11,213 bases of DNA, taken from positions 1 through 11,213 of the forward strand of contig JBBDIZ010000034.1 of the NCBI GenBank assembly GCA_040880145.1. The letters are read 5' to 3'. Positions 6,048-11,213 of the stretch are shown here, piece by piece; positions within the stretch are counted from its first letter, which is position 1; every line of letters starts with the position of its first letter. The stretch is from Simkaniaceae bacterium (GTDB lineage Bacteria; Chlamydiota; Chlamydiia; Chlamydiales; JAJFMI01). The translations under genes and the position numbers were made by a program. Under the pieces are notes generated by a model that had not been told where the DNA came from, searched no databases, and saw nothing but the letters and a program-made list of their open reading frames with translations.

Positions 6048-7415
6048 ATGACTATGGCTATTGTAATCGCCGGAGCTTTAGAGCTCGGAACCTATCTCGC
6101 AACGACGCTCTCTGAAGAACAAGAGAGTGTCATCTTAATCGACCCCGATCAAAAACGATTGGAGAGCTTTGGACGCTCTGCTGATATTGCAACGATCTGC
6201 GGGGAAGTCACGGATTGGCAGCTTCTCGACTCCCTCCTCGATCAAAAACCCAAACTTTTTCTGGCTTTAACTGATCTCGATGAGGTCAATTTAACCGCTT
6301 CATCTATCGCTAAAAACTTAGGATACCCAACAACGGTTGCGCGCATTTCAAACCCCAGCTTTTTAAATCAAAAACGCCTGAATTTCGATAAACTCTTCTA
6401 TGTCGATCACCTGATCGCTCCTGAGTTAATTGTGGCTTACGATCTATTTAAGGCCATCACAAATCCAGGCGCATTAAGAGTTGATAATTTCGCTCACGGG
6501 GCCGTTCAAATGCGAACCGTCGTCATGCCCTCTAAATGGGATTCTATGAATAAAAAACTTCGCGAGATTAATTTTGGAAACAATCTATTGATCGGCGTGA
6601 TTCGAAGAAAAAAGCGCTCCCCGGAACATGATGATGATGAAATTATCATTCCCCATGGAGATGATCTGCTTTTCCCTGGAGATGAAGTGACTTTCGTTGG
6701 GGAAACGGCGACGATGTTAGAGCTCCCAAAGCATTTTAACCTTCCTACAGCAAAAATCGATTCCGTTGTAATTGCAGGATCTAATTTAGTCACAAAACAG
6801 CTGATTCGAGCCCTTTTAGATCAAGATATCAAAGTAAAGGTAATCGATCGAGATGAGAAGGCTTGCCTTCAACTTGCTCAAATTTATAATAATATCACCG
6901 TAATTCATCAAGATCCTTCAAATCTAACCCTTCTTCGCTCAGAACGAATCGACCGGTGCGATGTATTTTTAGCGGCAACCCAATCGACCGAATTCAATAT
7001 TCTTACGGCCTCTTTAGCTCAAGAGGGAGGGGCTAAGCATGTTTATTCTCTTGTTTCCGATACCCGCCACTTCCCCCTTTTAAAGCGCCTTAACATTGAC
7101 CATGTCTTATCCGAAAGAGAGTGTTTATCCTCACGCATTTTAAGTTTTATCCATGCGGAAATGGCCGTTTCAACGCGTACTCTTTATGATAATCATATTG
7201 TCATCATGGAGATGAAAGTCACCGCATCGACAAAGATTGCAGGTATTCCCATTCAAGACCTTTCTAAAATCCTTCCTAAAGATTGCTTGATCGCATTGAT
7301 CGAAAATCGAGGTCAAATCATGATCGCTAAAGGCGAGAGAATTCTAGCCCCCGGTGATACGGTAATTGTCATTACTTCTCCCAAGCTTGTTGCTGAAATC
7401 AGGGAGATTTTTTAA
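6048..7415 (+). CDS. trkA: Trk potassium uptake system, cytoplasmic double-RCK subunit
   Basis: 455 aa with two RCK_N/RCK_C pairs (DEVNL, TVARI, IIIPHGDD...GDEV, G..ILAPGDTV). Coupled to trkH through a TAATG stop/start overlap at 7413-7417. Confidence 0.92.
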   Translation: MTMAIVIAGALELGTYLATTLSEEQESVILIDPDQKRLESFGRSADIATICGEVTDWQLLDSLLDQKPKLFLALTDLDEVNLTASSIAKNLGYPTTVARISNPSFLNQKRLNFDKLFYVDHLIAPELIVAYDLFKAITNPGALRVDNFAHGAVQMRTVVMPSKWDSMNKKLREINFGNNLLIGVIRRKKRSPEHDDDEIIIPHGDDLLFPGDEVTFVGETATMLELPKHFNLPTAKIDSVVIAGSNLVTKQLIRALLDQDIKVKVIDRDEKACLQLAQIYNNITVIHQDPSNLTLLRSERIDRCDVFLAATQSTEFNILTASLAQEGGAKHVYSLVSDTRHFPLLKRLNIDHVLSERECLSSRILSFIHAEMAVSTRTLYDNHIVIMEMKVTASTKIAGIPIQDLSKILPKDCLIALIENRGQIMIAKGERILAPGDTVIVITSPKLVAEIREIF

Positions 7416-9034
7416 TGCGAATTAGAGATCTCGCCAAGGTCTTGAGCCATTTTCTCTTTATCTTTACCCTCCTTCTCATTATTCCCATTTTAGTCGCCCT
7501 CTATTATGAATTTTTTACATCCACCTCCCTTCATCCTCCCTACATTGGAACGCTCGCTTTCGTTACAACTTTTGGAGCTTCCCTTTCTCTTTTCATTTTT
7601 TTCCGCTATATTGGGCGGCGGTCAAAAGGAGAGCTCTTTCGAAGAGAAAGCCTCCTTCTTGTCCCCTTGGTTTGGGTCATTACTTCCATCCTTTCTGCAC
7701 TTCCCTTTCTTATTTCAAACACGATCGAAAACCCTATCGACGCCTTTTTTGAGTCTGTATCGGGCTTAACAACTACCGGATCCAGTGTGATCTATCCAAA
7801 GGCTTTTGATCAAAAAACAGGTGAAGAAATTCCGGTGCAGCTGACGACTTATAAAGGGGATAAGGTCTATTATTTCAAAGGAACCGTCACACCGATTGTC
7901 CATCCTGAAACAAAGGAGATCCTTTTTGAAGGCCTAAGTGCAGTAAACCCTCCTATTCTTTTCTGGCGAAGCTTCCTGCAGTGGATAGGGGGCCTTGGCG
8001 TTATCTTTCTCTTCATTGCGGTATTTCCCGCACTAGCAATAGGTGGAAAGTTTCTTTATGAGGCAGAGATTACCGGACCCTTTAAAGAAGCCATCACACC
8101 ACGCATCAAAGAGACCGCCTCAAATCTTTGGAAAATTTATCTCGGTTTAACAATTTTAGAAATTTTATCCTTGCGCGTCTTTAATCATGACATGCCTTTT
8201 TTTGACGCCTTAACCATCACTTTTTCAAATATCAGCACTGGAGGATTCTCGATTAAAGCGGCAAGCATCGGTGCTTACAATTCTCCTGCTACAGAATGGA
8301 TTGTTCTACTTTTCATGATCTTAGGAGCGATAAACTTCGGTCTATACTTTTTTTGTATCAAAGGAAAAATCTATAAACTCTATGAGCCCGAATTTTTTCT
8401 CTTTCTCGTTATCCTGATACTTGGATCACTCTTTGTGACGACCTCACTCATCGATTTTCAAGCATTAACTCATTGGACAGATAAGATTCGAGCAGGAAGT
8501 TTTCAGTTTGTAAGCTCCATCACCTGTACCGGATTTTTCACAAAAAATTATGACCTTTGGCCCTTTTCAGCTCAAAGCTTTATGCTCCTTGCAATGTTTA
8601 TTGGAGGAATGTCGGGATCCACAGCAGGAGGCATTAAAATCGTTCGTCATTTAATTATCTTCCGAGCGGTAAAAAATAAAATCGAATCCCTTTTTCGACC
8701 CGAGGCGGTTCAAACTCTTGTAATTGGGAAAAAAGAGGTCTCCCAAAGCTCGCTTGCTAATGTCTTTGTTTTTTTCTGGGTGATTATTGCCCTGTCAGCG
8801 TTTGGAACACTGATTCTTATTTTAGATGGAATTGATCCGAAAACTGCTTTTGGCCTCATTACATGCAGCATTAACAATGTAGGCCTCTCTTTTAGCGCCG
8901 CAGGTCCCTCTGGAACCTGCGCCATATTACCCCTAATTTCCAAAGTCGTAATGATTATTTGGATGCTATTCGGAAGATTAGAGTTTTTTGCTCTACTGGT
9001 CCTATTTTCTCCCTCATTTTGGAGATCGAATTAA
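7415..9034 (+). CDS. trkH: Trk potassium uptake system, membrane channel subunit
   Basis: Hydrophobic 539 aa with four pore loops carrying filter glycines (TTTG, STGG, TCTG, NNVG), LQWIGGLG, intramembrane loop GGMSGSTAGGIK and C-terminal GRLE. Confidence 0.95.
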   Translation: MRIRDLAKVLSHFLFIFTLLLIIPILVALYYEFFTSTSLHPPYIGTLAFVTTFGASLSLFIFFRYIGRRSKGELFRRESLLLVPLVWVITSILSALPFLISNTIENPIDAFFESVSGLTTTGSSVIYPKAFDQKTGEEIPVQLTTYKGDKVYYFKGTVTPIVHPETKEILFEGLSAVNPPILFWRSFLQWIGGLGVIFLFIAVFPALAIGGKFLYEAEITGPFKEAITPRIKETASNLWKIYLGLTILEILSLRVFNHDMPFFDALTITFSNISTGGFSIKAASIGAYNSPATEWIVLLFMILGAINFGLYFFCIKGKIYKLYEPEFFLFLVILILGSLFVTTSLIDFQALTHWTDKIRAGSFQFVSSITCTGFFTKNYDLWPFSAQSFMLLAMFIGGMSGSTAGGIKIVRHLIIFRAVKNKIESLFRPEAVQTLVIGKKEVSQSSLANVFVFFWVIIALSAFGTLILILDGIDPKTAFGLITCSINNVGLSFSAAGPSGTCAILPLISKVVMIIWMLFGRLEFFALLVLFSPSFWRSN

Positions 9035-10994
<1,960 letters not shown>

Positions 10995-11025
10995 CGCAAG
11001 ACTCCTTCTTATGTTTTTTCCTAGG

Positions 11026-11054
11026 ATGGTAAGACGATGCCATTTTAAGCTCAA
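11026..11054 (-). promoter_or_regulatory. Candidate sigma70/sigma66 promoter of groES-groEL
   Basis: Minus strand TTGAGC (11054-11049)-N17-TACCAT (11031-11026), ending 31 nt upstream of the groES ATG. Confidence 0.5.
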
Positions 11055-11158
11055 GAAAAAGCGTGGTAGGACCTTTAAATGAGCTCCAAAAAACACGAGA
11101 AAAAGTCCCTCTCTGTCCGCAAGCAAACAATAGTATTTAATACTTTAATTAATCAACC

Positions 11159-11213
11159 TGTTAGCGACAAATAGAAATGTCCCCTAGTTGGATTAAATAG
11201 AAATGTCCCTTTA
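11159..11213 (+). mobile_element. Probable terminus of an IS1202-family (ISNCY-type) insertion sequence, truncated by the window edge
   Basis: Starts 5'-TGT (11159) and carries two exact copies of AAATAGAAATGTCCC (11169-11183 and 11195-11209, 26-bp period). TGT ends with subterminal AAATGTC-type repeats are characteristic of this family. The transposase is not in the window. Confidence 0.65.

Noticed and set aside
425..8943. Other short ORFs nested in or overlapping the AAA gene, rsgA/eno, trkA and trkH
   Set aside because: They overlap well-supported genes and show no recognisable motifs.
10995..11126. 44-aa N-terminal extension of GroES, and the 5-aa extension of GroEL to 10717
   Set aside because: Well-spaced SD sequences precede ATG 10994 and ATG 10702, and the extensions show no family resemblance.
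11125..11158. XerCD site adjacent to the IS end
   Set aside because: No ATAA-N6-TTAT core or recognisable XerC arm lies at the expected distance from TGT.
11169..11209. Direct repeats as a CRISPR array
   Set aside because: A 15-bp repeat with an 11-bp gap is too short, there are only two copies, and no cas genes are present; an IS end fits better.

Overview
Mostly housekeeping chromosomal DNA, probably from an environmental member of the Chlamydiota. That taxonomy is inferred from the CT602-like/ahpC/groEL-paralog neighbourhood, a CCA-less tRNA and TTGAxx-N17-TAxxxT promoters. Gene order: AAA-ATPase/PD-(D/E)XK nuclease (-), rsgA, eno and a small conserved protein (+), ahpC, an MBL-fold hydrolase and tRNA-Arg(ACG) (-), trkA-trkH (+), groEL and groES (-). 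Both window ends are repeat DNA: a (GGGCAR)n tract plus a possible MITE-like terminus on the left, and a probable IS1202/ISNCY-type end on the right. The most notable observations are: (1) the 129-aa protein at 4252-4641 looks like a stand-alone, miniaturised contractile tail-sheath domain with no other tail genes nearby; (2) TrkA has both GxGxxG motifs degenerate and TrkH has a ~45-aa insertion after its first pore loop; (3) the AAA-nuclease gene is flanked by degenerate direct repeats, one overlapping a dif-like site; (4) an intact groES-groEL paralog operon lacks a CIRCE element. All homology calls are by-eye motif recognition; no searches were run.
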